A stretch of 64,000 bases of DNA from positions 558,001 to 622,000 of the forward strand of contig NIVC01000067.1 of the NCBI GenBank assembly GCA_002269645.1, written 5' to 3'. Source of the DNA: Macrostomum lignano. Its lineage: Eukaryota. Positions 39,030 to 54,972 of this stretch are shown piece after piece. The notes under the pieces are model-generated. The model made no database searches. It had not been told where the DNA came from and worked only from the letters and a program-made list of their open reading frames with translations. How positions within the stretch are numbered: the stretch's first letter is position 1; each line of letters begins with the position of its first letter. A program made the translations under genes and the position numbers.

Positions 39030-40400
39030 GTTCTGACATAATGACATCCGATGACGAAGAGGCCTTTATGTCAGAGGACAAATCGGGCTGGCCGTATGCA
39101 GACGACCTTCCCGAGGGTGCCAGTGGGCAGGAGGCAACTCCTGGCAAGAAAGTCTGCAAAAGGAAAGACGCACGGACAGCAGCCACGAGGACAACCCCAT
39201 ACTACCTCACCAGCCCTTTTTCTAAACGACGAACGGAAGTTACCCACCCGCACGTCGCTAAATACAAGGCAAATCACACCTGTAGTAAAAAGAAAGGAAA
39301 CGACAACACCACAGCACAGCATGAGAAATTGGACCACCGGCACAGCACCACCGCAGTGAGAATGCAGTTAAAAACCGTCGAAAAAACCCAGGACTTGAAT
39401 TGTCGCCGAGAGACCGTATAAACGAAGACAATCCTGGAGACGAAAAACAACAAAAATGTCAAAAAAAACTAAAGAAGAAAAGAAGCAAAAGAAAAGCGCC
39501 TGCAACGCCATAGATCCCGTCGCCAGAGACGTAGAGCAGAAAAATACGACACCTAAAACACCGTGAATTTCGGATAACAACTTGGAACGTCCAGCGAACA
39601 AACCTCAATGGAAGACGTTTCGGACAAATTGCGCGCCAAATAATGACCAGCAATTGAGAAAAAGTGTTAATTACCAAACTAAACACTGACGGCCCCGGAA
39701 TCCAAAGCTAGCATCAAGCACAAAAAACATGCACTTGATCCACAGCAAAAAAAGCTGCAATCGCACTCGACAACGAACTTTTTCAGACCTGGCGTGATAG
39801 CGGCGCTACCGTTAAGAGAAGTGACCGCAAATTATGCATCCAAATCTGTGACCTCGCCTTTATTTGCGTACACTGCCCGGTCAAAGGAAGCCCGACCTAT
39901 GAGCAAGAACTCGCCATGGCTCGTAACGAAATCGAAAAATTTATCCACGAAGACCACAAGGGCAGGCCAGTAATAATTGGAGGCGACGTTAACGACTACT
40001 TTAACTTTAACAAATAGGATCCGACCATAAGCCTATCAACCGCAATAAAGGCACAGGACTACAGGACCTGCATGAGTTTTATGAACTAAAAGGTAAAAGT
40101 GAAGAATCGAACCAGCGAAGAATGGAGACCGGAACGCGGCTTACGGGAAGGATGCCCAACGTCACCAGTTCCATTCAACATCATACATCAGGCGTGCATG
40201 AGGAAAGCCGAAGAACATCGACAAGCTGCCGCGGCACTGAAGAACAGGGTCAGTGGGATACCATGGAGCTGGCTGCCCGGACACTCCCTGCCACCGCAGA
40301 GTTAATCTCGACATCCCTATTTGCCGACGACACGACTGATCGGCCAGAGGGCCGAAATTATTGAGGGTCTAAACATCATGAAAGACTGGATGCTGAAGTT
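39030..40400 (+). mobile_element. Degraded, internally deleted LINE (ORF1-like, APE endonuclease and RT remnants)
   Basis: APE-like FICVHCP...PVIIGGDVN (39835-39993); RT-like GLREGCPTSPVPFNI (~40140) and LFADD (~40317-40331); stops and frameshifts. Confidence 0.75.
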
Positions 40401-40551
40401 TGAGGAACACACTAGATATAGATAGATACCAGATCTGCCAGATAGAGACAGAGGGGAGGCATTGCCAGATAGAGAGAGAGGGGGGAAAGGCAGAGGGAGA
40501 CATAAGGCAGACAGAAAGGTGTTAATTAGTTTGATATCCAGGTAAAAATTA

Positions 40552-41779
40552 TCAGAACAAGACGCGACTGGCCGGTTGCGAATTGAGCAGTCCAACGATC
40601 AGCAGGTCGGCCTCCTGGTCGCTGATGATGTCACTAACATTAGCGAGGCTGTTTCTAGGCGACAGTACGGCCGCAGTTGGCAGATAGATATCGCTGGGCC
40701 AGCGGAACTGTAGAGTGAACAGGTCGGACCAGTGGCGCTCGGCCCGGATAACCTGTTCGGGCGAGACCTGGCAAGGGCTGAGCCAGGAGCCGGCCAGTGC
40801 AGCCGCAACCGCCTGCCAGGTGGCGTCGCGCTCCGCGCCCAGGTCATGCGCGCGCAGGTAGGCTGCAAGTACGGAACGGACGACGCTGTCGGGCAGGTTG
40901 CCTAGACTTTGTAATTGTACTGCTGCCTGCTGCTTCTCTGGTTGCTGCTGCTGCTGCTGTTGTTGTTGCTTTTGCTGCTGCTGCTGTTGTTGTTGCTTTT
41001 GCTGCTGCTGTTGTTGTTGCTTCTGCTGCTGCTGTTGTTGCTGCTTCTGCTGCTGCTGTTGTTGTTGCTTCTGCTGCTGCTGCTGCTGTTGTTGTTGTTG
41101 CTGCTGCTTCTGCTGCTGTTGTAGCCGCCGCTGCTGTTGTTGTTTAATCGCAGCGTTGCAATCTTTCTGAGCGTTCTGCAGGGCGCGATTAAGACTTGGA
41201 TCTAAAAAAGAACAAAAAATATCCGCGCGCTTGGGTTATTATATAAAAAAGATCCATCAGTCTATCTATCTAGCTACGAGCTAGTCAGCTATCCAAAGCA
41301 ACAGGACACCAGTTACACTTACAAATTCCAATAGGACGAACGCTGCGGCCAGTGCTGGTCTGGCTCTGTCCAGCAGAACTCCTATCGAGGCTCCTTCTAC
41401 CCGCTTGATCGTCTATTAAACTGGGTACCGGAAGTCGCCTAAATATCGGCCTGCTATCCGATGAGAGGCGCCGGAAACTGCTACCCCTGGTGCCACGCTT
41501 GTCCCGGCCGCTGGGTAGTTGATTGCGGATTAGGCTCTCAATATGGCTCGTGTTGGCGTTGGAAAGGCCGTGAACTAGCCGGCCGCCGTCCGACAGTCGG
41601 ACAGTGTCTGGCATGTCCAGCAGCATTTTGCTGAGCGAAGCGTAGCCGAATTGCTTATAATCAAGCGACTTGCCGGATAGCCCCTTGAATTCGTAGGGCA
41701 GCTCATTAATCGGGATCGAACGACTCTTTGTGGACAGCAGCACCGCTCGAAGTGTAATTTTTACGTCGTTGAAATCCAT
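40552..41779 (-). CDS. LOTUS (OST-HTH) domain protein with polyQ linker and putative second LOTUS domain, 2 exons, 368 aa
   Basis: Exon 1 41779-41323 (MDFNDVKITLRAVLLS...YKQFGYASLSKMLLDMPDTVRL...TSHIESLIRNQ), donor gtaagt; exon 2 41201-40552 open to TGA, including the CAG/CAA/AAG tract; phase 1 consistent. Confidence 0.85.
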
Positions 41780-43197
41780 GTTAGTATATAGGACTGAGAT
41801 AGTTCTAGACGTTAATTTTTTTAGTCAGTCTGCGTGGGTAAAAGGCGGGAGTAAATTAGCGGTGTTTTGTTAATTCAATGCTTCGCCAGCCAATTAGTAA
41901 TATGCCCAATAAAGGGATACTAATTAAGCTCGATGGCAAGTTCTTAAACTCAAAATATGAATTTAATATAGACTCACTAAGTGGATGACAATGCAAGCTT
42001 AAAAAATTATTGATAAAACTTTCTAATATACGGAATACGCTTCCAGTCTACTTCTAGTAATATTAGGTTTTACACACTGTATTCGTGATAAATAAAAGAA
42101 ACAAACAAACACAACAGCATAGAAAAGCAATAATCAAATATATACATTGTCTTTGTACTTGTTTTTATGCATTTAGTAAGGCGCTTAATGTTTTTTTTAA
42201 AAAAGTTTGAAACAAATGTAAAATTTACAATTTCGTTAAAATAGTAAGACATACGCTCGTACATCTGCGTAATTGTTTATGAAGATTTTGCCCAAACATG
42301 CTACTCCTAAAATGCTTTGAATATAAGAGTATCTTCAATATTGATATTAGCCACAAGATTTTTTGAGAAATAGACTCGAATACTACTGGCTTTCTCAGAT
42401 TTAGTTAGTAGTAGCTAGTGCAAATCGGTTAAAGCCAATTTATTGGCAGAGAAATTGAGACAAGGCGAAATCGGTTGGCAGCAATCTTCTGGATGAACCG
42501 ATTTTGCGTATATACTACTTTCAGTTTATTAGAAGCATATTTAAATGTATTTTAGAAAAATAAAATACGTTAATGGGCCTTCTTTTCCCTCCATAGCTTA
42601 AACCCTCTCAACAAGTCTTTCGATACAACATCGCGGGGTCGTTTCATAAACTCGAATTTTCACAATGTCCAAAGATCACAACACGGAAAATTTACAGCCT
42701 CGGAATTCCATAAAGTCGAAATTTCACTAACCCGAAATTTCACAACATCGAAAACTCAAAAATACCGCTACTATTCACTATACTGAAATTTCATAAAGTC
42801 GAATAGTCTCCTACGTCTTCCGTGTATTTTGACATTGTAAAATTTCGGGTTTATAAAAGCGCCGCACCCCCGCTTTTCTCTCGCTCTTTTATTGCTTTTC
42901 TCTCGGTGTTCCAGCTTAAAGCTGCCATGCTATGCACATTCTCAGTGGCGCTGGCTAATGTACATTACGGCTGCCACAGATTGTCAAGTTTGTTTACGCC
43001 TACAAGTCACTTCAACTGGCCTTCTTTCTATAAGCTTACTCCTGAGGATATAGAAAAGTGGCGTATCTTACTGTATTTAAGACACTGGCGCTAACAGTAG
43101 TGTATATAGAATTTTTGCAACAACTTATTTTAACTAAGCCAATATCCGATCAGATAAAAGTACAGTTAAAATTTTCAAGGAAAGCTCAGTGAAGTAT

Positions 43198-46471
<3,274 letters not shown>

Positions 46472-46651
46472 AAGACATGATTTGCTAGTCCATTGCTGCT
46501 ATCCAATAAAGTCTTCCCCGCAGTGGCCTCCCAAGGGCGGTAAAAAACAAGTACCCACCGGCATATAATTGACAAGCGGTTGCCAAGGCTAAGCGATACA
46601 CCAAACAAACGAAGCGACGCGCAGATCTAGCAGAGAGGAATTTGCATTAGC

Positions 46652-48607
46652 ATGAGCCTGTCACTCATAGCAGCTATCTTATTGTCAACGCTGGCCCAAG
46701 ACGCCAGCGGATATCGCATCGTGTTCAACCGACTAGCCGACGGATTTTGCGCCAACGCGACACCGAGCGTTCCAACCCCGTTGAATGCCACTTTTCGTAG
46801 CTTTGCCCCGATCTCTTCGCCGGACGTTTGCGCAACCGAGTGCGCCTATTCGGAAGCCTGCACAGTCTACCAGTTGGGCGCCGGCGGCCAGTGCCTACTA
46901 GGCTCCGCTTGCGACCTGCGCCAGCTTTGGGTGCAACAGACGCCGGGCGGATCGGCTTGCACCGCCGCCTACTATAGCAAGGATCGGAATAGCACCTGGG
47001 CCGGCTGCCAGAGCCAGCTAGACGCAGTCTACGAGAATGGTGAGAGGCCCGAGTAGTAGCTTTCATCGATTCTTCTACCAGGAGCAGTAGACTTTCACGA
47101 GGAGGTAGCAACTCTCTACTATGGATAATTTGTTTCTTACTCTCACCATCTCTCTAGCTGAAGCTCTACAAACAAATGATGTTTGATTTACCAAGAAGCT
47201 TTTATTCGCAGCATATTGGCAATCTGATACTAAGCAGGTTGTAATTGTGTAGTTAGGATTATTATTTAAACAACTCATTGTTTGCCTAGCTACAGTGACG
47301 GAAGATATCTAGCAAGGTATAAAATTCTTCTTTGGTGTGGTTTAGCTTGCACTAAAAAGCATAGAGGAGAAAATAAGCTTTTAAAAAGTTACCGCAAGCG
47401 TCAGGTAAGGATTTCTGCCCGAAATAATGGCATAGTGATTACTATATACGAGCTAGCTTAAACGCTTATCAGCTTAACCATCTGAAAATGTTGCTTTATT
47501 TGTCCTTATAATGTTTCCAACATTGGTCCGAACATTTGTTCCATAGGTGAACAGGATGACACACTCTAATTGTATAATTTCTGACTGATGAAGCCAATTA
47601 AAGGATTTCAAATCGATTTGTAATATGAAACATTTGAGCGCAAATGCTGATCAGTGGATTCGATGTATATCTATTTTAACTGTCACTATTGGAAGCCCAT
47701 TTGGAAGCCTTCAATGGTAGTGTACTTTCTAATTTAGTGCAACAAAGCCAGTCGAAATGTTTACAATTATCTTTTTCCCTCAGATGACACGCCGAGCCAC
47801 ATGGGAACGCCTATGTACTACACGCCAGTCCTTGGCGCCGGTTGCTACCGCATCCGCGCCTGGGGCGCCCATGGCGGCGGTCAGTTAAGCCGAACTGGCG
47901 GTCTTGGCGCCTATAAAGAGGCGGCATTCACGCTTAGCGAGACCGACAATTTGACCATCGTCGTCGGCCGACGCGGCGCCGACCAAAGTACTGTTGACAA
48001 CGGCGGCGGAGGCGGAGGCGGTAGCTTTGTGTATAAAAACGCGACTGATACGCCCGTACTACTGCTGGCCGCTGGTGGAGGTGGCGGCGCTGCCCAAATG
48101 ACCAACGGCGGGAACGCGACAGACAGTGAGAACGGCACTCAGTCGGTTAGCGACGCTACCGGTGTCGGTTACGGCGGCGTCGGCGGCCAGGGCGCGCCGC
48201 AACCAACCAGCGTCAGCACCAACAACAACCACGGTCTTGGCGGTGGTGGAGCCGGCTGGCTATCGGACGGATGGCGATTCGGTGGTCCAAATTCCGGTCT
48301 AGACGGACGGTCCCGGACAGGCGGATGGAGCGGCGGAGTTGGAAAGCCTGCCAACGGCGGCTACGGCGGAGGCGGCGGCGGAGGTGGCAAGCTAGGCTCT
48401 CAAAATGGAGGCGGCGGAGGCGGAGGCGGCTACAGCGGCGGAGGAGTGGACGGCATAGAACCTCGTGGCGGAGGCGGCGGCGGCAGCTACGCGGCGCCGA
48501 ATCTATCGCGAGGAGCGCGCGGCGGAGTGGGCGGAGCGCCGGGCATGGGCGGCCGCGTGAAGATTGAAGTGATTGGAACAGTTAATCACACGGCCTGCAC
48601 CGGCTGA
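46652..48607 (+). CDS. Secreted protein: signal peptide, PAN/Apple-like Cys domain, ALK/LTK-type glycine-rich domain; 2 exons, 403 aa
   Basis: Exons 46652-47039 and 47784-48607, phase 1 consistent. Hydrophobic N-terminus; CATECAYSEACTVY; YRIRAWGAHGG...AAFTL...LTIVVGRRG...GGGGGGSFV...LLLAAGGGGG. No transmembrane segment before the stop. Confidence 0.85.
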
Positions 48608-49564
48608 TGATTCGGTTGATTAGCAAGCAAGAGTCAACAACAGCCAACAGAAGCAGCAAAACCAACCGCTATCATCTGATACAAATAACTGATAACATAC
48701 AACAATTTTTTTCAGATAACTTTTTAAAATTAATTGAGCTATAGAGTTTTTGTGCTTCTATTTTTATAGAACACCCAAAAACATATGCCATACGTTTTCA
48801 CCACCAGCCAATTGTTAACCAGAGCATACTAATGTTTCTCTGCTTCGTTCTATCATAAAAATGCGTGATTTTTTTCCACTGAACCACTGCAAAAGAATCA
48901 TATTTTTTTTAAACAAAACATCATAGTTAGAGCCATGATAATTTTTTAAAGAAAAATATGAACTGAAATTAAAAAAATAAACATACTCGTATTTTTTCCA
49001 TTTTAAAGACGAAAACGATTACTCGTAAACGCGCTCGTGTCAAAGTCAACCCCGACCTTGTATTATTATTTTTTTCTATAATCGTAAAGCTAAAAATAAA
49101 ATTTGCAGTTCCAACTGGATACTGGCGCCAGTCCAATAGTCGGCGGAACTATTATCAACGCCATTCATATAACTAGCTGAGGCAAGTCGCTCGTTAAAAC
49201 AGAATGATTGAACAGCACAGCCGTTGGACAATTCAATTAAAAAAAGCAGAAAAAACCTGAGCTATGCCACTATTCAACAATGAAACTCAATAGTCCAGCT
49301 AGTGAGCATTAGCAATAGTCTCATTGGCCAGTTGCACGCGAGGCAATAGCATAAATATGAGGGGAATTTCATCCCAAGAACTGGCTGAGTCTAGATCTGG
49401 GCGCAATAGTTATGGTGTGGCGTGGCCGTTTCTTTCATTTTTCCGGAATGAAAAACTGCAGGTAGACGAGGCACGGCGCATAATAAATAGCTGTTAGAGC
49501 AGGCCAGGTAAAATAGCACGCCATACAAAACTCCAAGCATTTCGCAGTAGTTTTGAATTAACAA

Positions 49565-51820
49565 TCCCGGGTCTAGAACTCAATGACTTCTCATCAGCGT
49601 TGCTGTTCCTGGTTTAAGGATTAGAACTCCATGGACTTGGCTGTAGTTTTCACTCCAGATGCTAGGACTAGAACTCAATGACTTCTCATCAGCGTTGCTG
49701 TTCCTGGTTTAAGGATTAGAACTCCATGGACTTGGCTGTAGTTTTCACTCCAGATGCTGGGGCTAGAACTCAAAGATTTCTCATCAGCGTTTCAGTTCCT
49801 GGTTTAAGAATTAGAACTCCATGGACTTGGCTGTAGCTTTTAATTCAAACTCCGGGTCTATAACTCAAAGATTTCTCATCAGCGTTTCAGTTCCTGGTTT
49901 AAGGATTAAAACTCCATGGATTGGCTGTCGCTTTTAATTCAAACTCCGGGTCTAGAACTCAAAGATTTCTCATCAGCGTTTCAGTTCCTGGTTTAAGGAT
50001 TAAAACTCCATGGATTGGCTGTCGCTTTTAATTCAAACTCCGGGTCTAGAACTCAAAGATTTCTCATCAGCGTTTCAGTTCCTGGTTTAAGGATTAAAAC
50101 TCCATGGATTGGCTGTCGCTTTTAATTCAAACTCCGGGTCTAGAACTCAAAGATTTCTCATCAGCGTTTCAGTTCCTGGTTTAAGAATTAGAACTCCATG
50201 GACTTGGCTGTAGCTTTTAATTCAGACTCCGGGTCTAGAACTCAAATATTTCTCATCAGCGTTGCTGTTCCTGGTTTAAGGATTAGAACTCCATGGACTT
50301 GGCTGTAGCTTTCACTCCAGATGCTGGGGCTAGAACTCAAAGATTTCTCATCAGCGTTGCTGTTCCTGGTTTAAGGATTAGAACTCCATGGACTTGGCTG
50401 TAGCTTTCACTCCAGATGCTGGGGCTAGAACTCAAAGATTTCTCATCAGCGTTGCTGTTCCTGGTTTAAGGATTAGAACTCCATGGACTTGGCTGTAGCT
50501 TTCACTCCAGATGCTGGGGCTAGAACTCAAAGATTTCTCATCAGCGTTGCTGTTCCTGGTTTAAGGATTAGAACTCCATGGACTTGGCTGTAGCTTTCAC
50601 TCCAGATGCTGGGGCTAGAACTCAAAGATTTCTCATCAGCGTTGCTGTTCCTGGTTTAAGGATTAGAACTCCATGGACTTGGCTGTAGCTTTTAATTCAA
50701 ACTCCGGGTCTATAACTCAAAGATTTCTCATCAGCGTTTCAGTTCCTGGTTTAAGGATTAAAACTCCATGGATTGGCTGTCGCTTTTAATTCAAACTCCG
50801 GGTCTATAACTCAAAGATTTCTCATCAGCGTTTCAGTTCCTGGTTTAAGGATTAAAACTCCATGGATTGGCTGTCGCTTTTAATTCAAACTCCGGGTCTA
50901 GAACTCAAAGATTTCTCATCAGCGTTTCAGTTCCTGGTTTAAGGATTAAAACTCCATGGATTGGCTGTCGCTTTTAATTCAAACTCCGGGTCTAGAACTC
51001 AAAGATTTCTCATCAGCGTTTCAGTTCCTGGTTTAAGGATTAAAACTCCATGGATTGGCTGTCGCTTTTAATTCAAACTCCGGGTCTAGAACTCAAAGAT
51101 TTCTCATCAGCGTTTCAGTTCCTGGTTTAAGAATTAGAACTCCATGGACTTGGCTGTAGCTTTTAATTCAGACTCCGGGTCTAGAACTCAAATATTTCTC
51201 ATCAGCGTTGCTGTTCCTGGTTTAAGGATTAGAACTCCATGGACTTGGCTGTAGCTTTCACTCCAGATGCTGGGGCTAGAACTCAAAGATTTCTCATCAG
51301 CGTTGCTGTTCCTGGTTTAAGGATTAGAACTCCATGGACTTGGCTGTAGCTTTCACTCCAGATGCTGGGGCTAGAACTCAAAGATTTCTCATCAGCGTTG
51401 CTGTTCCTGGTTTAAGGATTAGAACTCCATGGACTTGGCTGTAGCTTTCACTCCAGATGCTGGGGCTAGAACTCAAAGATTTCTCATCAGCGTTGCTGTT
51501 CCTGGTTTAAGGATTAGAACTCCATGGACTTGGCTGTAGCTTTCACTCCAGATGCTGGGGCTAGAACTCAAAGATTTCTCATCAGCGTTGCTGTTCCTGG
51601 TTTAAGGATTAGAACTCCATGGACTTGGCTGTAGCTTTCACTCCAGATGCTGGGGCTAGAACTCAAAGATTTCTCATCAGCGTTGCTGTTCCTGGTTTAA
51701 GGATTAGAACTCCATGGACTTGGCTGTAGCTTTCACTCCAGATGCTGGGGCTAGAACTCAAAGATTTCTCATCAGCGTTGCTGTTCCTGGTTTAAGGATT
51801 AGAACTCCATGGACTTGTGG
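49565..51820. repeat. ~95-bp satellite with two subtypes and ~946-bp higher-order repeat
   Basis: Period 95 (e.g. gattagaactcc at 50281 and 50376); rare variant tcagactcc..caaatatttc at 50222 and 51168. Confidence 0.93.
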
Positions 51821-52749
51821 AAGTAAAGTAAAGTACGCCACTATAGTACGCCATGGACTTGTCAATAGTTTTCACTCCAGATGCTGGGACTAGAACTCAA
51901 AGCCTCGTATTTTAAGCATTTTAAGCATGAAATCTCTAGGAGTTGGAAGCCGTGGATTTGAAAAAAAATAGCTTGTACAGCTAAGTCTAAGTCTAAACGG
52001 CTATAAGTTTTGTAGCAGTGTCCGTTCCTTTTCATATATATAAAAACCCATGCTTTTCCATCTGGCTGAAGTTTCTATTCCAGACACTATGTCGAAATTC
52101 CAATACAGAAGCCATCCAAATGCATCGCTACAGTACGCTTATGAAATATTCATGCCAAGATAATTAATGGGAAATTTTGCCTCTCACCAATGCAGCAATT
52201 TTTTAAGACGACAAAGAGGGCGGAAAGCAGCGACTGCGATGCGGTAAAAAGCTTTTCATTTTAACGTAAAGAAACAACTTTATAAAGCGTGCGGCGCTCC
52301 ACACTGTTTCCAGTTCATTAAGAGGCGCCCGAATCTGTATAGAGTCTCTTGAGTAGTACTCCAAAGCTGGCGCATGGGAGCGCAGCAGTTGTTGACAACA
52401 GCAACTGGCATGTGATTCAGACTCAGTAATTCTTATACACTCGTAATTGGCCTTTACCTTTGCTAGCTAAGCATCGGATTCTGAGTACTGAGTAGCTACT
52501 GAAATAGAGTGCAATCTGCAATAGCGAATTCAGAGACTGAATTTAAAAATTCATAGAGACCGAGACTGAAAGCCGAATCCAACGAATACACTAGTAATAA
52601 AGCTGCTATTAAAGCTGACCATTTTGAGCAGCGCTTTAACATTTTCGTTACTTTTACACTTTTAGTCAAGCATTGAGTCCGCATCGACTCCAATGGGTAC
52701 AGACTCAACCGCGACTTAAGGTGGAAGGACGGAACACTGCTCTGTTTGA

Positions 52750-52771
52750 TAGAGAGATAGATAGATAGATG

Positions 52772-52829
<58 letters not shown>

Positions 52830-52854
52830 CAGATAGATAGATAGATAGATAGAC

Positions 52855-52901
<47 letters not shown>

Positions 52902-52902
52902 C

Positions 52903-52997
<95 letters not shown>

Positions 52998-53019
52998 CAG
53001 ATAGATAGATAGATAGATG

Positions 53020-53101
<82 letters not shown>

Positions 53102-53139
53102 CAGATAGATAGATGGATAGATAGATAGATAGATGGATG

Positions 53140-53201
<62 letters not shown>

Positions 53202-53205
53202 CAGG
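52750..53205. repeat. (GATA)n microsatellite; opposite-orientation (TATC)n at 53595-53645
   Basis: Direct reading. Confidence 0.95.
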
Positions 53206-53595
53206 ATCTCTCTATCCATCTATAGGATCTCTATCTATCTATAGAGATCTATCTATATCTATAGATTTATTTATGCAAGGATCTCTATCTATCTCGCTTC
53301 GCTCGCTCTTTCTCGCTATCTACTATCTATAGCCAGGACCTGCACCGGAGCGGTTACGAAAATTAGATTTCTCGGTAGTTGCACGTACTCTTTTGCACTA
53401 CTTGAGTAGTCTGATTTTCGTTCGGCATGGCTGGTTCCAGCAGGTAGTTCCTCTGGATAAAAGCGCTTACCGCGCCCATTGGCTTTCCAGCTGCCTTAAT
53501 CGTTTCCGGTGATCTTGTGTGCGTGCTTTCAGCTTGATTGGCTGCGGCAAGCAAGCTCGAAAGAGCTCGCTTCGCTCGCTCTTTCTCGCTATCTA

Positions 53596-53636
<41 letters not shown>

Positions 53637-53657
53637 CATCTATCTACAGCGACTCAC

Positions 53658-54004
53658 TTGAACTCCTGCGGTCCATTGTCCAACCGGAAATTAGAGTACA
53701 GGAAGCCGCACTCGCAGTCGGTGCCAATCAGTTCGAACACGTGCAGCTTGTCAGACTGGTTCGCTCTAACCAGATAGGCGAACAAAACGGCGTCTGTCGG
53801 CCGATTCGCTTGCAGCTGCAGGGTGACGCGACTGTTCTTGTCTACCGGCCGGCCGCCATACAGAACGCTGCCAATGGCTTTGGGCCCTGCGCTGGCGCGA
53901 AACTGCTTCACTTCGCCATCGTAGCGGAAGCGGCTGCTGGGTGCCGGCTCGCAGAGGATTTTCAGCGACAGCTGCGGATCAGCCTCGAATGGCGACGCGA
54001 ACGC
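53658..54004 (-). CDS. Exon encoding a divergent Rel-homology (NF-kB-like) DNA-binding domain; gene model partial
   Basis: Acceptor ttgcag at 54005, donor gtgagt at 53657. LKILCEPAPSSRFRYDGE resembles LxIxEQPxxRGFRFRYxCE and HVFELIGTDCECG resembles HPHELVGKDCxxG. Flanking exons not resolved. Confidence 0.7.
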
Positions 54005-54269
54005 CTGCAAGGCAAGACAAAGATTCCAATTTTCATCTATTTATGGTTAAATGATTTACTCCTAGCAGATGAGATATCCTGCGATTCTTACAGCTGTGTT
54101 AAAGGGCGATTTTTAACCAATCGATGAAGTTCAGGGGCGAATAGGGCTTTCATTACATAGAATAACAAGGCAGTTTTCAATCGTAGGAGCCAGTAAAATA
54201 CCGAATAGTAAGAATAAGAACAGAGGTACTTGCTAAGGATAAAAGATAGAAAGTGACATAAGGAGCGAT

Positions 54270-54972
54270 TGTCATAGGATAGTGAGGGGCGATTCTCATA
54301 GGATAGTGAGGGGCGATTCTCATAGGATAGTGAGGGGCGATTCTCATAGGATAGTGAGGGGCGATTCTCATAGGACAGTGAGGGGCGATTCTCATAGGAC
54401 AGTGAGGGGCGATTCTCATAGGATAGTGAGAAGCGATTCTCATAGGATAGTGAGGGGCGATTCTAGTAGGATAGTGAGGGGCGAATCTCACAGGATAGTG
54501 AAGGGGCGATTCTCATAGGATAGTGAAGGGCGATTCTCATAGGATGGTGAGGGGCGATTCTCATAGGATAGTGAGGGGCGATTCTCATAGGACAGTGAGG
54601 GGCGATTCTCATAGGACAGTGAGGGGCGATTCTCATAGGACAGTGAGGGGCGATTCTCATAGGATAGTGAGGGGCGAATCTCACAGGATAGTGAAGGGGC
54701 GATTCTCATAGGATAGTGAAGGAGCGATCCTAATAGGATAGTGAGGGGCGATTCTAGTGGGATAGTGAGGGGCTATTCTAGTAGGATAGTGAGGGGCGAT
54801 TCTCAAAGGATAATGAGGGGCGATTGTCATAGGATAGTGAGGGGCGATTCTCATAGGATAGTGAGGGGCGATTCTCATAGGATAATGAGGGGCGATTGTC
54901 ATAGGATAGTGAGGGGCGATTCTCATAGGATAGTGAGGGGCGATTCTCAAAGGGTAGTGAGGGGCGATTCTC
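54270..54972. repeat. 24-bp minisatellite
   Basis: cataggatagtgaggggcgattct units. Confidence 0.94.

Noticed and set aside
49565-51820. CRISPR-like appearance or hammerhead core (reverse strand CTGATGAGAAA) in the 95-bp array
   Set aside because: No unique spacers or cas genes, eukaryotic context, and no stem II between CUGAUGA and GAAA.
52200-52450. Coding-like stretch on the minus strand downstream of the Rel-like exon
   Set aside because: No clear splice sites or homology.
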